Of a stretch of 64,000 nucleotides of DNA, positions 41,921 to 52,018 are shown piece by piece. Origin of the DNA: an uncultured Verrucomicrobiae bacterium (GTDB taxonomy: Bacteria; Verrucomicrobiota; Verrucomicrobiia; Chthoniobacterales; JAFAMB01); contig CAVXLD010000003.1 in NCBI GenBank assembly GCA_963762565.1, forward strand, positions 96,001-160,000, in the 5' to 3' direction. The position numbers and the translations under genes are program-made. Position 1 is the stretch's first letter; each line of letters opens with the position of its first letter. The notes beneath the pieces are model-generated. The model searched no databases. It saw only the letters and a list, made by a program, of their open reading frames with translations, and had not been told where the DNA came from.

Positions 41921-42622
41921 ATGAGTGCATTTTCTAACAAAGCGACGGTAGTTCTCGTCCACGGGGCATGGGCGGATGGCAGCAGTTGGAGTCGGGTTGT
42001 GCTGCCTTTGCTGAACGACGGTCTGGAGGTGATATGCGCGCCGATCCCGCTAACGTCTCTATCCGAAGATATTGCGGCCTTAGATCGGGTTCTAGAGCGC
42101 ACTGAAGGTCCAGTATTGCTGGCTGCGCACGCGTATGCCGGTGCGGTAATCGCGGGAACAAAAAACGAGCGAGTCAAATCGTTGGTGTATATCGCAGCGC
42201 TCGCTCCGGATGAGGGCGAGAGCGTGTCTGACGTATTCTTTCGCGAGCCGCCTCATCCACAGGCTCCTCACGTGCAGCCGGATGCGCACGGTTTGATTTG
42301 GATGCCAGACTCGGGGTTTCTGAACGCCTTTGCCCAAAATGCTTCGAAGGAGGTGAAGGCTATAAATACCGCGGTGCAAAGGCCGTTGTCTGTCCGTTGC
42401 ATTCAAGAGCCATCCCCGAAGCCAGGTTGGAGATCGAAGCCTTCCTGGTTCCTGATCGCGACTGAAGACCGTATGATAAATCCAAAGACTCAGCAGTTCA
42501 TGGCTGAACGTATGTCCGCCAAGATCAGGGTGAGAGCGGTCGATCATACTCCGCTCCAGACAGCGCCCGAAGAAGTAGTTGATATCATCCGAGAAGCCGC
42601 CGGCGAAACGCTGATCTCTTAG
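41921..42622 (+). CDS. alpha/beta hydrolase family protein
   Basis: VLVHGAWADGSSW; AHAYAG (Ala at the usual nucleophilic Ser position); DRMI; DHTP. Confidence 0.85.
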   Translation: MSAFSNKATVVLVHGAWADGSSWSRVVLPLLNDGLEVICAPIPLTSLSEDIAALDRVLERTEGPVLLAAHAYAGAVIAGTKNERVKSLVYIAALAPDEGESVSDVFFREPPHPQAPHVQPDAHGLIWMPDSGFLNAFAQNASKEVKAINTAVQRPLSVRCIQEPSPKPGWRSKPSWFLIATEDRMINPKTQQFMAERMSAKIRVRAVDHTPLQTAPEEVVDIIREAAGETLIS

Positions 42623-42664
42623 TCGGCCCGGAACATCGGTCAGCGAAATAAAGGAAAAGCAAGA

Positions 42665-43435
42665 ATGAAAGAGGCAGTTGCGATAGTCACGGGTGCGAGT
42701 CAGGGAATTGGCCGGGCCACAGCGATGCGCCTGGCGAAGGATTTCTCGGGAGTGGTTCTTGCCGCTCGCAATGCGGAAGCGCTCCGGGAAGTTGCGGCTG
42801 AGATTAAGGAGAGTGGAGCTGAATCGCTGAGCGCCGCGCTTGATTTACGGACCAAGGAGTCCGCTGAGAATTTAGTGAACCAAACGCTTGCTCGGTTTGG
42901 AAGGATCGATGCCCTGGTCAACATCGCTGGGGCAGTACCACAGATCGGTCTCTTCGAGATGACGGACGAGCAGTGGCAAGACGGCATGGAGTTAAAGTTC
43001 CATGGGGCTCGCCGGTTGACGATCTCAGCTTGGGACGCTCTTAGAGCCTCACAAGGGTCGGTCGTTCTGATGTCCGGGAGTGCGGCTTTAGATCCGAAAC
43101 CTGGCTTTGCTGCTGTGGCCGCCATCAACGCCGCCATCATTGCCATGGCCAAGGCGTTTGCCGAGCAAGGCATAAAGGACGGGGTGCAAGTTAATAGCCT
43201 TGTCCCGGGGCCAGTAATGACTCACCGCCGGAAGACTTTTATGGAAAAATGGGCGCCGGCCCATGGAATGACAGTTGAGGAAGCCACGAAGAAGTTTCCC
43301 GCGGAGATAGGTATTAGCCGTTATGGCGCGCCAGAAGAGGTCGCTGACTTAATCGCCTTTCTGGTGTCTCCGGCGGCGAAATGGCTGACCGGAACTTCAG
43401 TCCGCATCGACGGTGGGGAGATTAAAGGGATTTGA
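42665..43435 (+). CDS. short-chain dehydrogenase/reductase
   Basis: TGASQGIG, VNIAG, TGTSVRIDGG. Confidence 0.9.
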   Translation: MKEAVAIVTGASQGIGRATAMRLAKDFSGVVLAARNAEALREVAAEIKESGAESLSAALDLRTKESAENLVNQTLARFGRIDALVNIAGAVPQIGLFEMTDEQWQDGMELKFHGARRLTISAWDALRASQGSVVLMSGSAALDPKPGFAAVAAINAAIIAMAKAFAEQGIKDGVQVNSLVPGPVMTHRRKTFMEKWAPAHGMTVEEATKKFPAEIGISRYGAPEEVADLIAFLVSPAAKWLTGTSVRIDGGEIKGI

Positions 43436-43686
43436 GATTACTGGCAGTACTCCATCGCTTCGTTCTCGTCCTCGTCGTCGTCCTTCCGACTTCGCCAACG
43501 CCTGGTTGTGGAGCGCGCCTCGCTTGCGAGGCCGACTTCGGGAGGTAGGTAACATAGAGCGTGGGCTTCGTCGGACAGGCTGTTCTCGAGTGCGGGCTTG
43601 CGGATCATGGAGTACTGGAGTGTTGGAGTATTGCACTGGGCTGTCGTTGATCGACTATCCGCGGGTGCGGTGTTACACACAATGTA

Positions 43687-44217
43687 ATGCCGAACATGGA
43701 GATCCTTCTCACTTGTACCGTCTCTCTCCTGGCCGCGATTGTTGGCGGATGGATTGCCGGAAGATACGCCCTTCGCGCACAGAACCAAGCGGCAGAACAT
43801 CAGCGCCGGAGAGATCTAGAGGGGGAGCGTCGGGCGGTTAACAGCATCCTTCAGGCGATCGGAACCGAACTAACCGTCCTAAAGCACGACTTCTTAGACA
43901 GATTGCAGCAAGCCGACGACGCGCAAGAGTTGGCTTTTCAGATTCGCGGACCGTTATCGAGGAATTATTTCGCCGTTTTCGAATCGAATGCTGCGATGCT
44001 TGGAAAAATCGAGGACCGAGTTTTGCGGGAGAACATTATCCGTACGTACGGGTCTGCCAAAAGGCTATTTGACCATTTAAACTACTATTCCCGACAAAGT
44101 GATACCGGAGAAAACGCCAAACTGGAGGAGTTAGAGCAGAAGATAAGAGTTCAGATTGCAGCGATTCAAACAATGGTATCGGACGTGCAGAAAATGACCC
44201 TAAAATATCCCGTTTAA
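43687..44217 (+). CDS. hypothetical membrane-anchored protein
   Basis: N-terminal TM helix followed by a helical region. Confidence 0.6.
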   Translation: MPNMEILLTCTVSLLAAIVGGWIAGRYALRAQNQAAEHQRRRDLEGERRAVNSILQAIGTELTVLKHDFLDRLQQADDAQELAFQIRGPLSRNYFAVFESNAAMLGKIEDRVLRENIIRTYGSAKRLFDHLNYYSRQSDTGENAKLEELEQKIRVQIAAIQTMVSDVQKMTLKYPV

Positions 44218-44268
44218 GAAAACCGGCGTCATACCCGTTCCCAAAGGGAATTGCGTTCCCAGAGGGAA

Positions 44269-44595
44269 TTAATGTCTTCTGGGGAGGCCTTCGCCTTCAA
44301 AGGGATACCCGCCGTCTTCCCAATCCGCGATGCCTCCCGGATAGTGCAACACATTTTTGAAACCGTGTTCGACGAACTGGTGATAGACCAGAACGCTGGC
44401 TGTGCAACCAGGGTTGGAGCAGTAGACGATCAGTTCCACCTTCGGGTTGAGCGTCTGAAAAAACGCTTTTTCGAACCGAATCGAACCCGGGATTCGCTTT
44501 TCGCGAAACATCCACTCGTCCAGACAATTCACCAGCGTGAATTCGTCTCTTCGGTCGATCTTCTGCTTCAGCTCCTCGCGATTGATGGTATTCAT
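44269..44595 (-). CDS. rhodanese-like protein
   Basis: RIPGS, IVYCSNPGC, YPGGIADW. Confidence 0.85.
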   Translation of the reverse strand: MNTINREELKQKIDRRDEFTLVNCLDEWMFREKRIPGSIRFEKAFFQTLNPKVELIVYCSNPGCTASVLVYHQFVEHGFKNVLHYPGGIADWEDGGYPFEGEGLPRRH

Positions 44596-44850
44596 AGGCC
44601 TAATCTCCTGTCCCATTAATAGCATCGCTTTCGTTGCGATCAAAATGGGCGGTAGGGCGAGGCTCCCGTACGACCTTGAACTCTCTGCAGGGGAAATGAC
44701 CTGGCCGAATCCCAAGGTGTGCGACCGTTCTTCGCGTGCCGAGCCGTGGGTTGCGCCACCCGCGGCTCGGCAGCCTAGTTTTCAATATTGTGTATTCCCC
44801 TAATGCACATTAATAATCGCGCTTCAGACTGTTAATCTTTGCTTCAAAGA

Positions 44851-45861
44851 ATGAAAGACGCGCGCTCCACGCTGACGAACTACCTGGTAAATAAAGAAGA
44901 CTCTCGGGTGCGGCCCTTCAGGTCCGGGGTAGGGAGAAAAATCGGTCGGCGAGAAAGACGCATTCGCGGTTGGTTCGCCACCTGCGCTTTGTTTCTGCTC
45001 TGCTGGGGCGTTCCGGTTCACGCGGGATGGCTAAAACCGGACATCGATTACTCGAATTACCAAACACCCTTGGCGGATCAGGTCGTGAACCGGATTAGGG
45101 CCAAGATCTTAGCTCGCCTGGGACCGGGAGAGAGCCGGCAAGACCGCTATTTCATCATTCCTTTCGCTTACCAGGACAGAAACCATAGGCCCGACTCTTC
45201 GCACTCCTTCATCTCGGTGATCCGCGTGTTCGCCGATCAAAAGGAACCCAAGTACACCCCGGGATTAAGACGAGGGAAGGATACGAACCGAAAATTTGAG
45301 GCATTTACCATTAGCTGGGTACCGCACGATTTCCTCACGAATACGCACCTCTGCGTGTTCGATCGACTTGGCAGCCGCATCTTTCCGAGCCTGGAGACAT
45401 GTTCGCCCGTCGCCGGAAGAAACTGCAACCTGTTTGAGACACTAAAGCTAGCGGTGAACGAGAAAGTTGCAGTGGGAATGTGGGGACCTTACGAGATCAA
45501 GAAAGTGGGGTTTGATCTTGGAGTGAGAAGGAAACAGCTGCTCGACGAAGGAAAAATCCGCTATATAGCCGATGACCGTCTTTACCGTAAGGACGGGGTG
45601 GCCATCAATTGTTTCCATGCGATGGGGAACCTGGAACAGCTTTATCCTAATGGCGGATTTTTAGGTTCAGGTTGGCAGATGTGGGGGATTGATGGGACAG
45701 CTAGAATTCTGATCGAGTATACTAAGGCTGCTCGTTACACTGGCCTGATTCTCGAGCCGGTCGATTATAAGAAAGATCTCTACGGATTCGTGTACGCACC
45801 AGCACCCAATAGCTTTGGTGTTTATAATCCGTTCCGCAACGCCACTGCGTATCATGATTAG
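44851..45861 (+). CDS. secreted hypothetical protein
   Basis: Long ORF with a signal-like segment ending VHA; start uncertain. Confidence 0.65.
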   Translation: MKDARSTLTNYLVNKEDSRVRPFRSGVGRKIGRRERRIRGWFATCALFLLCWGVPVHAGWLKPDIDYSNYQTPLADQVVNRIRAKILARLGPGESRQDRYFIIPFAYQDRNHRPDSSHSFISVIRVFADQKEPKYTPGLRRGKDTNRKFEAFTISWVPHDFLTNTHLCVFDRLGSRIFPSLETCSPVAGRNCNLFETLKLAVNEKVAVGMWGPYEIKKVGFDLGVRRKQLLDEGKIRYIADDRLYRKDGVAINCFHAMGNLEQLYPNGGFLGSGWQMWGIDGTARILIEYTKAARYTGLILEPVDYKKDLYGFVYAPAPNSFGVYNPFRNATAYHD

Positions 45862-46144
45862 TTCGTGTCCAGGAGGGACGATAGGATAGTAGCGACTCGA
45901 GTGTGGAGCTAGCACCTGGCAGACGCGCACCCAGGGGTTCGTTCTCGTTCTTTCGTCGTCGTCCTCGATGAGCGTGTGAGCAGTATCGATGTCGCAAACC
46001 CAGGCGTGTTCGCGAAGATTGCATCGCAGGCAATTCGAAAACGTTCGGAGAAAACGCTCGCTCATCGAGGACGAGGACGACGACGAGGACGAGAACGATT
46101 CCGGCCAAAACGCCCGTCCTAGCTCCTAGATTCTAGCTCCACTG

Positions 46145-47320
46145 TCAGTCCTCCCAGGGAAGGCCAACATAATTTTCGGCCAACGCGGTGGCTGCGGCAG
46201 AGGACGTTGTCAGATAATCTAACTCTGCTAACTGGCGTTTATATTCGAACGCATCATTATGATCGAACCGGTGCATCAGGCTGGTCATCCACCAGGAAAA
46301 CCTCTGTGCTTTCCATACTCTTCGCAGACAACGGTTAGAATAGGAATCCAATAGAGAGCTCTGGCCTTTTTGGTAGAAACTGACCAGAGCTCGGGCTAAC
46401 AACCAAACATCACCGACGGCAAGATTCATACCCTTAGCGCCGGTGGGCGGAACTACATGAGCGGCATCGCCCGCCAGAAATAAACGGCCGTATTGCATCG
46501 GTTCGGCAACAAAGCTTCTCATCGGGGTCACACTCTTCTGAAGAATCGCTCCGCGCCGGACGCGTTTGTCTCCGGGAAACGCGAGGCGCTTTTCGAGGTT
46601 CTCCCAGATCCGGTCATCGGACCACAGCGATAAATCTTCATCCGGGCGGCACTGAAGGTAAAGCCGGGTAATTTTCGGCGATCGCATGCTGAAAAGCGAA
46701 AACCCGTCCTCATGATTTGCGTAGATCAGTTCTTCCCAGCTCGGCGCCGCTTCCGCCAATATGCCCAACCAGGCAAACGGATAAGTCTTCTCAAAGAAGG
46801 TTAGTGTCCCGTGCGGAACTGCTGTTCGCGACACGCCGTGAAACCCATCGCAACCGGCGATCCAATCACAAGTGATCTCCTGGTTCTGTCCTTGATAACG
46901 AAAACTGACTCTGGGTTGGTTGGTCGCGGTCCCGTGGAGAGCAACCTCCGTCACCTCGAAGAAAATCTGGCCGCCGCGACTAATGCGGGCTGCGATCAGA
47001 TCTTTTACCACTTCGTGTTGCCCGTAAACCATGATTGCCTTCCCCGTAAGACTCGTGAAATCAATCCGGTGAAGCCGACCGGAAAACCCCAGGTTAATTC
47101 CTCCATGCGGCATCGCTTCTTTTTTCATTCGGTCTCCAATCCCACAGTCAGACAGGAGCTGCGCTGTCCCATGCTCGAGCACACCCGCCCGGATGCGCGA
47201 CTCAACGTACGAGCGGCTTTTATCTTCCAAGACGATCGATTCTACGTTCTCCAGCGAAAGCAGGTGGGAGAGTAGTAGTCCTGCAGGTCCGGCTCCAATG
47301 ATCGCGACTTGTGTGCGCAT
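46145..47320 (-). CDS. pobA: 4-hydroxybenzoate 3-monooxygenase
   Basis: GAGPAG, RIRAGVLE, VYGQ, GDAAHVVPPTGAKGMN, AENYVGLP. Confidence 0.96.
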   Translation of the reverse strand: MRTQVAIIGAGPAGLLLSHLLSLENVESIVLEDKSRSYVESRIRAGVLEHGTAQLLSDCGIGDRMKKEAMPHGGINLGFSGRLHRIDFTSLTGKAIMVYGQHEVVKDLIAARISRGGQIFFEVTEVALHGTATNQPRVSFRYQGQNQEITCDWIAGCDGFHGVSRTAVPHGTLTFFEKTYPFAWLGILAEAAPSWEELIYANHEDGFSLFSMRSPKITRLYLQCRPDEDLSLWSDDRIWENLEKRLAFPGDKRVRRGAILQKSVTPMRSFVAEPMQYGRLFLAGDAAHVVPPTGAKGMNLAVGDVWLLARALVSFYQKGQSSLLDSYSNRCLRRVWKAQRFSWWMTSLMHRFDHNDAFEYKRQLAELDYLTTSSAAATALAENYVGLPWED

Positions 47321-47494
47321 ACGCCAGCTCGCCTGAGGCTCGCTGCCGAAATAGCAAATAGCAAATAGCAGATAGCAAAAGAGGCGCCCGAACTATCGGG
47401 CGCTGGTTGGCGGATCAATTTGCTATTTGCTATCTGCTATTTGCTATTCGGGGACGAGCTTCGGGTAAGTAGTGAAACATGTTATCAGTAGGTA

Positions 47495-47905
47495 TTATCT
47501 AGAGTCTGGCGCCGCCGAGTCGGTCGGACCCAATCTCTCTGCGATCACTTCTTCAGCAGCGTGAATTGCTGCGTTCGCGCCGGGTAACCCGCAATAGATG
47601 CCGGCGTGAAGCAGAAGTTCGCGGATTTCTTCAACGATTACCCCGTTATTTAGGGCCGCTCGAATATGCATCCGAAACTCTGGTTCGCGATTAAGAGCCA
47701 CTAACATTGCGAGCGTGATCAGGCTGCGTTCGCGGCGAGTTAACCCTGGCCTTTCCCAGATCTCGCCCCAGGCATACCGGGTAATAAACTCCTGGAACGG
47801 CCGGTTAAAGTCGGTCAGTTTCGCGTCCGCACGCCGAACATGCTCATTTCCGAGAACCGCGCGCCTGGTCTTTCGGCCTTGGTTGTAACGCTTTTTTTCG
47901 TCCAC
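47495..47905 (-). CDS. pcaC: 4-carboxymuconolactone decarboxylase
   Basis: RRAVLG..HV, FQEFITRYAWGEIW, AGIYCGLP. Confidence 0.93.
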   Translation of the reverse strand: MDEKKRYNQGRKTRRAVLGNEHVRRADAKLTDFNRPFQEFITRYAWGEIWERPGLTRRERSLITLAMLVALNREPEFRMHIRAALNNGVIVEEIRELLLHAGIYCGLPGANAAIHAAEEVIAERLGPTDSAAPDSR

Positions 47906-47906
47906 G

Positions 47907-47963
47907 TTAATGATCCTTCAATAGAAAATCCAAGACGGCGCTGGCGAAGCCACGGTTATGCAT
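47907..47963 (-). pseudogene. probable internally deleted pcaD relic (18-aa mini-ORF)
   Basis: GGAG RBS; MHNRGFASAVLDFLLKDH between pcaB and pcaC. Confidence 0.5.
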
Positions 47964-49323
47964 GCTTCTTCTCCGGATCGGGTCGCTGGGACGTTAGGCG
48001 CAACACCCGGTTAATAAACTCATCCGCAGCGCCAAGCGCGTTCTCGGGAAGAAAGATCCGGTCAAGTGAATTTTGATCCAGCCATTTGGTGATGCTCGGA
48101 TCCTGTACCAGGACCTCATGCAAATGCAGCTCTTTCTGCTTGGCGCGTTGGCAGGCCAGCTTGATCACGCGATCGGCTTCCGGTTTGCCGACATACTGCG
48201 CCAGGCGAACCGAAACGTCTTCAGCATAAACCAACCCGTGCGTCGCATCGATATTCTCGCGCATTCGAGCTGCATCAATTTTTAAGCCGGAGAAAAGAGC
48301 ATTCGCATTTTGAACAGCTCCGCCGGTTAAACGGAGCATTTCGGTCAGCGGCCCCCATTCGCTATGCCAATGACCAACGGCTCGTTCATGTTCCTGCACC
48401 ATCGAAGCCGCCATCGTAGCCAGCAGCCCTGGAATCCGGGTGCAGGCGGCGATGATCATTGTCGGCGCGATCGGATTTCTCTTGTGCGGCATGGCTGAAG
48501 AACCGCCCTTGCCCTCGCCGCCTTCTTCAACTAACTCGCCGACCTCGGTCTGCATCAACAGCGCGGCGTCCATTGCAATCTTGTTCAGGCAGCCGGCCAG
48601 CATAGCCAGGCTCGCTGCAATCTCGAGTAACCGATCACGGGCTGTGTGCCATGTGATGACGGGTTCGGCCAGTCCCAAGCGTTCCGCCAGTCTGGTCAAC
48701 ACCGCTAACCCTCGGTCCCCGCTCGCGGCCAGCGTACCTACGGCGCCGCCGAACTGTAGAACTGTCGCAGACGTGCGCGCTCGCCTGAGATGTTGTCTGC
48801 AGCGGATCAGCTGATCGAGCCAGCCGGCGACTTTGAATCCAAAAGAAATTGGGCGGGCCTGCTGGAGCAGGGTCCGGCCTATCATCACGGTTCCCCGGTG
48901 TTCGCCTGCGAGGCCCGCCAGCCGGTCCTGCAAACGGCCCAAACCATTGTCTAACACGAACAGTGCCGCCTTGAGCTGCAGCATCTCTGCGCTGTCGATG
49001 ACATCTTGACTGGTGGCTCCAGCGTGCACATGATGTGCCGCTGCTCCACCGGTTTCGCCAGTTTCGCGCACCAGGGCGGTTAATTCTTTCACCAGGGGAA
49101 TGGCGGGGTTACCTGCATTTTTGGCTGCGGCGATAATCTTTTGTTGGTCGATTCGGGCCTCGTCGCATACGCGGGTGATCAGACTTGCTTGCTCAGCAGG
49201 AATCAATCTAACGTCCGCCTGCGCCTGAGCGAGAGCCGCTTCGAACCGCAACATCGCTCGGATGATCGCTTCATCCGTCAAGAGCGCCTCGATTTCGGAG
49301 TCCGTGAATAGTTGATCGAACAT
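47956..49323 (-). CDS. pcaB: 3-carboxy-cis,cis-muconate cycloisomerase
   Basis: HAGATSQD, GRTLLQQA, GSSAMPHKRNP. Confidence 0.93.
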   Translation of the reverse strand: MFDQLFTDSEIEALLTDEAIIRAMLRFEAALAQAQADVRLIPAEQASLITRVCDEARIDQQKIIAAAKNAGNPAIPLVKELTALVRETGETGGAAAHHVHAGATSQDVIDSAEMLQLKAALFVLDNGLGRLQDRLAGLAGEHRGTVMIGRTLLQQARPISFGFKVAGWLDQLIRCRQHLRRARTSATVLQFGGAVGTLAASGDRGLAVLTRLAERLGLAEPVITWHTARDRLLEIAASLAMLAGCLNKIAMDAALLMQTEVGELVEEGGEGKGGSSAMPHKRNPIAPTMIIAACTRIPGLLATMAASMVQEHERAVGHWHSEWGPLTEMLRLTGGAVQNANALFSGLKIDAARMRENIDATHGLVYAEDVSVRLAQYVGKPEADRVIKLACQRAKQKELHLHEVLVQDPSITKWLDQNSLDRIFLPENALGAADEFINRVLRLTSQRPDPEKKHA

Positions 49324-49341
49324 AACGGCCGTGAAAGGCTC

Positions 49342-49935
49342 TCAGAAATCGAAGAAGACGGTTTCACCCGGGCCCTGCAGAATCACGTTCCACACGTAGG
49401 AGTTCGGATCGGAAACTTCGGGTCGAGCAAAAAGGGTGGAGCGGCGTGCTGGCTCGATCAATTTCACTATTTCATCGGTGTTATTCCGCTCGTCTCCCAG
49501 GAAATAAATCCGCGTAACTAAGCGATCGAGTAATCCCCGCATAAAGATCGACACATTGATATGGGGTGCTTGTGGGACCCCGGTCGACGAAGGCACCGGA
49601 CCCGGTTTAACGGTGCGGAATATGAAAGTTCCATCCGGGTCTGTTGGACACCGGCCGAAGCCGCTGAACCCTGGTTCGAGCGGTTTATCCTGCTCGTCTT
49701 CCGGGTGAACATATTTTCCGAAACTGTTCGCCTGCCAAATCTCAATCACTGCATCCGGCACGGGCAATCGATCCGCATCCAGGATCCGGCCCTGCACTGT
49801 GATGATGGTCCCGGCTACACCAGGAACTGTGAGGTCAGTCTGGTAAAGATCCTCAAAACCAATCTCGAAGAATGGACCGACTGTTTGCGAGGCTGCGAGT
49901 AGCAGTAGTGCATTGCCCGGAGCGCGATCGGTCAT
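49342..49935 (-). CDS. pcaG: protocatechuate 3,4-dioxygenase alpha subunit
   Basis: SQTVGPFF, EIWQAN, QAPHI, ETVFFD. Confidence 0.95.
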   Translation of the reverse strand: MTDRAPGNALLLLAASQTVGPFFEIGFEDLYQTDLTVPGVAGTIITVQGRILDADRLPVPDAVIEIWQANSFGKYVHPEDEQDKPLEPGFSGFGRCPTDPDGTFIFRTVKPGPVPSSTGVPQAPHINVSIFMRGLLDRLVTRIYFLGDERNNTDEIVKLIEPARRSTLFARPEVSDPNSYVWNVILQGPGETVFFDF

Positions 49936-50642
49936 GGGCGGTTCTCCATCGGAGTGGCAAGTCGACCCCGCAATACGATGTCAAATTTGAAACTGAGCGC
50001 CTGCTCCGGGATGGTGGTCTGCCAGTCAAAGACCGAGATTAACCGTTGCCGGGCGGCTTCGTCGCGGATGCCGTTGAAAATTGGATCGAAAGGAATCAGC
50101 GAATCCCCCGGAAAATACATCTGGGTTACAAGGCGGGTAGCGAAAGCGGGACCAAACAACGAAAAATGAATATGAGCCGGACGCCATGCATTCGGATGAT
50201 TCCGCCACGGGTACGCGCCTGGCTTAATGGTAAAAAACTGATAGCGGCCTTCGTCATCCGTGATGAGCTGCCCTTTGCCGATAAAATTTGGGTCCAGCGG
50301 CGCGTCATGCTGATCGACGCGGTGCCGGTAGCGTCCGGCTGAATTGGCCTGCCAGATTTCAAGCAGCGTATGGGGGAGTGGTCTCCCGTCTTCATCGAGG
50401 ACTCTGCCCGAGACCAGGATCTTCTGTCCCAGAGGAGGGGCATCGCCGTGCAGGGTTAAATCGGCGCCAGCCTTAAGCTGATGCGCTTGGAAGCGCGGAC
50501 CGGTGACCTCCGAAAGAGTCTGCGGGATAGGTACCAGCGGCTGGCTGGGCGCACGTTTAACCGAAGAGATATAATCCGGGTGGAGATGGGGTGGGTGAAC
50601 GCCGAGAACAGGTTTTCGATAGGGACGAAGCGGGGTAAACAT
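49932..50642 (-). CDS. pcaH: protocatechuate 3,4-dioxygenase beta subunit
   Basis: GRYRH, PGAYPWRNHPNAWRPAHIH. Confidence 0.96.
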   Translation of the reverse strand: MFTPLRPYRKPVLGVHPPHLHPDYISSVKRAPSQPLVPIPQTLSEVTGPRFQAHQLKAGADLTLHGDAPPLGQKILVSGRVLDEDGRPLPHTLLEIWQANSAGRYRHRVDQHDAPLDPNFIGKGQLITDDEGRYQFFTIKPGAYPWRNHPNAWRPAHIHFSLFGPAFATRLVTQMYFPGDSLIPFDPIFNGIRDEAARQRLISVFDWQTTIPEQALSFKFDIVLRGRLATPMENRP

Positions 50643-50658
50643 GGTCGTAAGCTCGGAT

Positions 50659-50673
50659 GTTCGTTAAACGAAC
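50659..50673. promoter_or_regulatory. PcaR-type operator upstream of pcaH
   Basis: GTTCG-TTAAA-CGAAC. Confidence 0.7.
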
Positions 50674-50990
50674 GCCTGTACGATAGCCGCCAAACAGGCT
50701 GCGGCGTTCTCTCCTACCTGTCAAACGCGAAATATCGCATACCAATCTGCCTGTGCAGTAGATAATGCACAGGAAATGATCGGCCCAAGATCCGGGAGGG
50801 CGCGTGTCCCCGCGCGCTGGGAAGGCGGTGCAACAGATGAGGCGTCGATTAACCCTGGGTTTGGGAGACGCCGGGCTTCGCGAACGGCGGATCGCGAGGA
50901 TCCGCCGTCGCCTAGATTGCGTCCCATTATTTCCCTGTTCGTGCAGGCTATGGCGGACAGGCAGCGATCCCTCCACGATGGCCGACTACC

Positions 50991-51821
50991 TCAACCAAGA
51001 TGGCCGAGACAGGAAGAAATATTCTTGGCGGCTCTCTGTAGAATCGGCAGGAATTGCTGCAAGAGTTCGGTTTTAGACGTACGCGGCGCCTGAGTGCCAA
51101 TATTGATCGCAGCCACCGCTTTGCCGCCTCTGGAAAAAATCGGTACCGCTAACGAACGCAGGCCTATTTCCAATTCCTGGTCCACTAACGCGTATCCCTG
51201 GCGGGCAACAGTCTTCAACTCTTTGCGCAGCAGCTCGGGCTGGCAAATGGTCCGTTCAGTGAACCGGCTGAGGACGGCGATTTTGAAATAGTGTTCGAGC
51301 GCTTCCGGCGGCAAGTTAGCCAATAGAGCTCTGCCCATAGAGGTACAGAACGCGGGCAGCCGGCTGCCAATGCCTATGGATACAGACATGATGCGCCGCG
51401 TTTGGACCCGAGCGACGTAGACAATGTCCTGGCCATCCAAAACCGATGCCGAGGATGATTCTTTCGTCTCGTGGGTGACTTCTTCGAGGAAACGCTCCGC
51501 GATCTTGGGCAATGAAAACGAGGAAAGATAAGCGAACCCAAGATCGAGAATCTTAGCGGTGAGTCGAAAATATTTTCCATCGGTGGTGACATATCCTAGT
51601 TGCACCAGCGTGTATAAGAAGCGCCGGACGACAGCGCGCGCCAAGCCGGTTCTCTCTGCGACTTCGCTCAAGGTCAACGCGTCCGGATCACGCAGGCTAG
51701 ATCGAGCCTGCGGTTTGAGGTCTTGGACACCGAACGCTTTGATGATTTCAATTCCTCTAGCCAGTGAAACGACAAAATCGGGGGTAGCAGCAAAGGATGG
51801 AGGAGAGGTCTGCTTGGGCAC
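50991..51821 (-). CDS. pcaR: IclR-family regulator (PcaR/PobR type)
   Basis: FVVSLARG, GLARAVVRRFLYTL, GSRLPAFCTSMGR, DQELEIGLRSLAVP. Confidence 0.9.
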   Translation of the reverse strand: MPKQTSPPSFAATPDFVVSLARGIEIIKAFGVQDLKPQARSSLRDPDALTLSEVAERTGLARAVVRRFLYTLVQLGYVTTDGKYFRLTAKILDLGFAYLSSFSLPKIAERFLEEVTHETKESSSASVLDGQDIVYVARVQTRRIMSVSIGIGSRLPAFCTSMGRALLANLPPEALEHYFKIAVLSRFTERTICQPELLRKELKTVARQGYALVDQELEIGLRSLAVPIFSRGGKAVAAINIGTQAPRTSKTELLQQFLPILQRAAKNISSCLGHLG

Positions 51822-51866
51822 GTATCTAGAGGTTGTTCTGGATCCCGTAGACCGAGCGGCCGGGCC

Positions 51867-51881
51867 GTTCGGTATTCGAAC
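51867..51881. promoter_or_regulatory. PcaR-type operator upstream of pcaR
   Basis: GTTCG-GTATT-CGAAC. Confidence 0.6.
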
Positions 51882-51954
51882 TTAGGAACCCCTTTTTCTT
51901 AGTTGAACCGGGGGCTCGGAGCAATCGAAAAGCGAGGTCTCCTGGCGCCTTGGC

Positions 51955-52009
51955 TTGACAACCTGGGCGGCCCGAATACGATTTTCGGACAACTGTTCGT
52001 TATACGAAC
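51955..52009 (+). promoter_or_regulatory. pcaIJ promoter with a PcaR-type operator
   Basis: TTGACA (51955-51960), 16 bp, TACGAT; GTTCG-TTATA-CGAAC at 51995-52009. Confidence 0.65.
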
Positions 52010-52018
52010 GGTAGCGGC

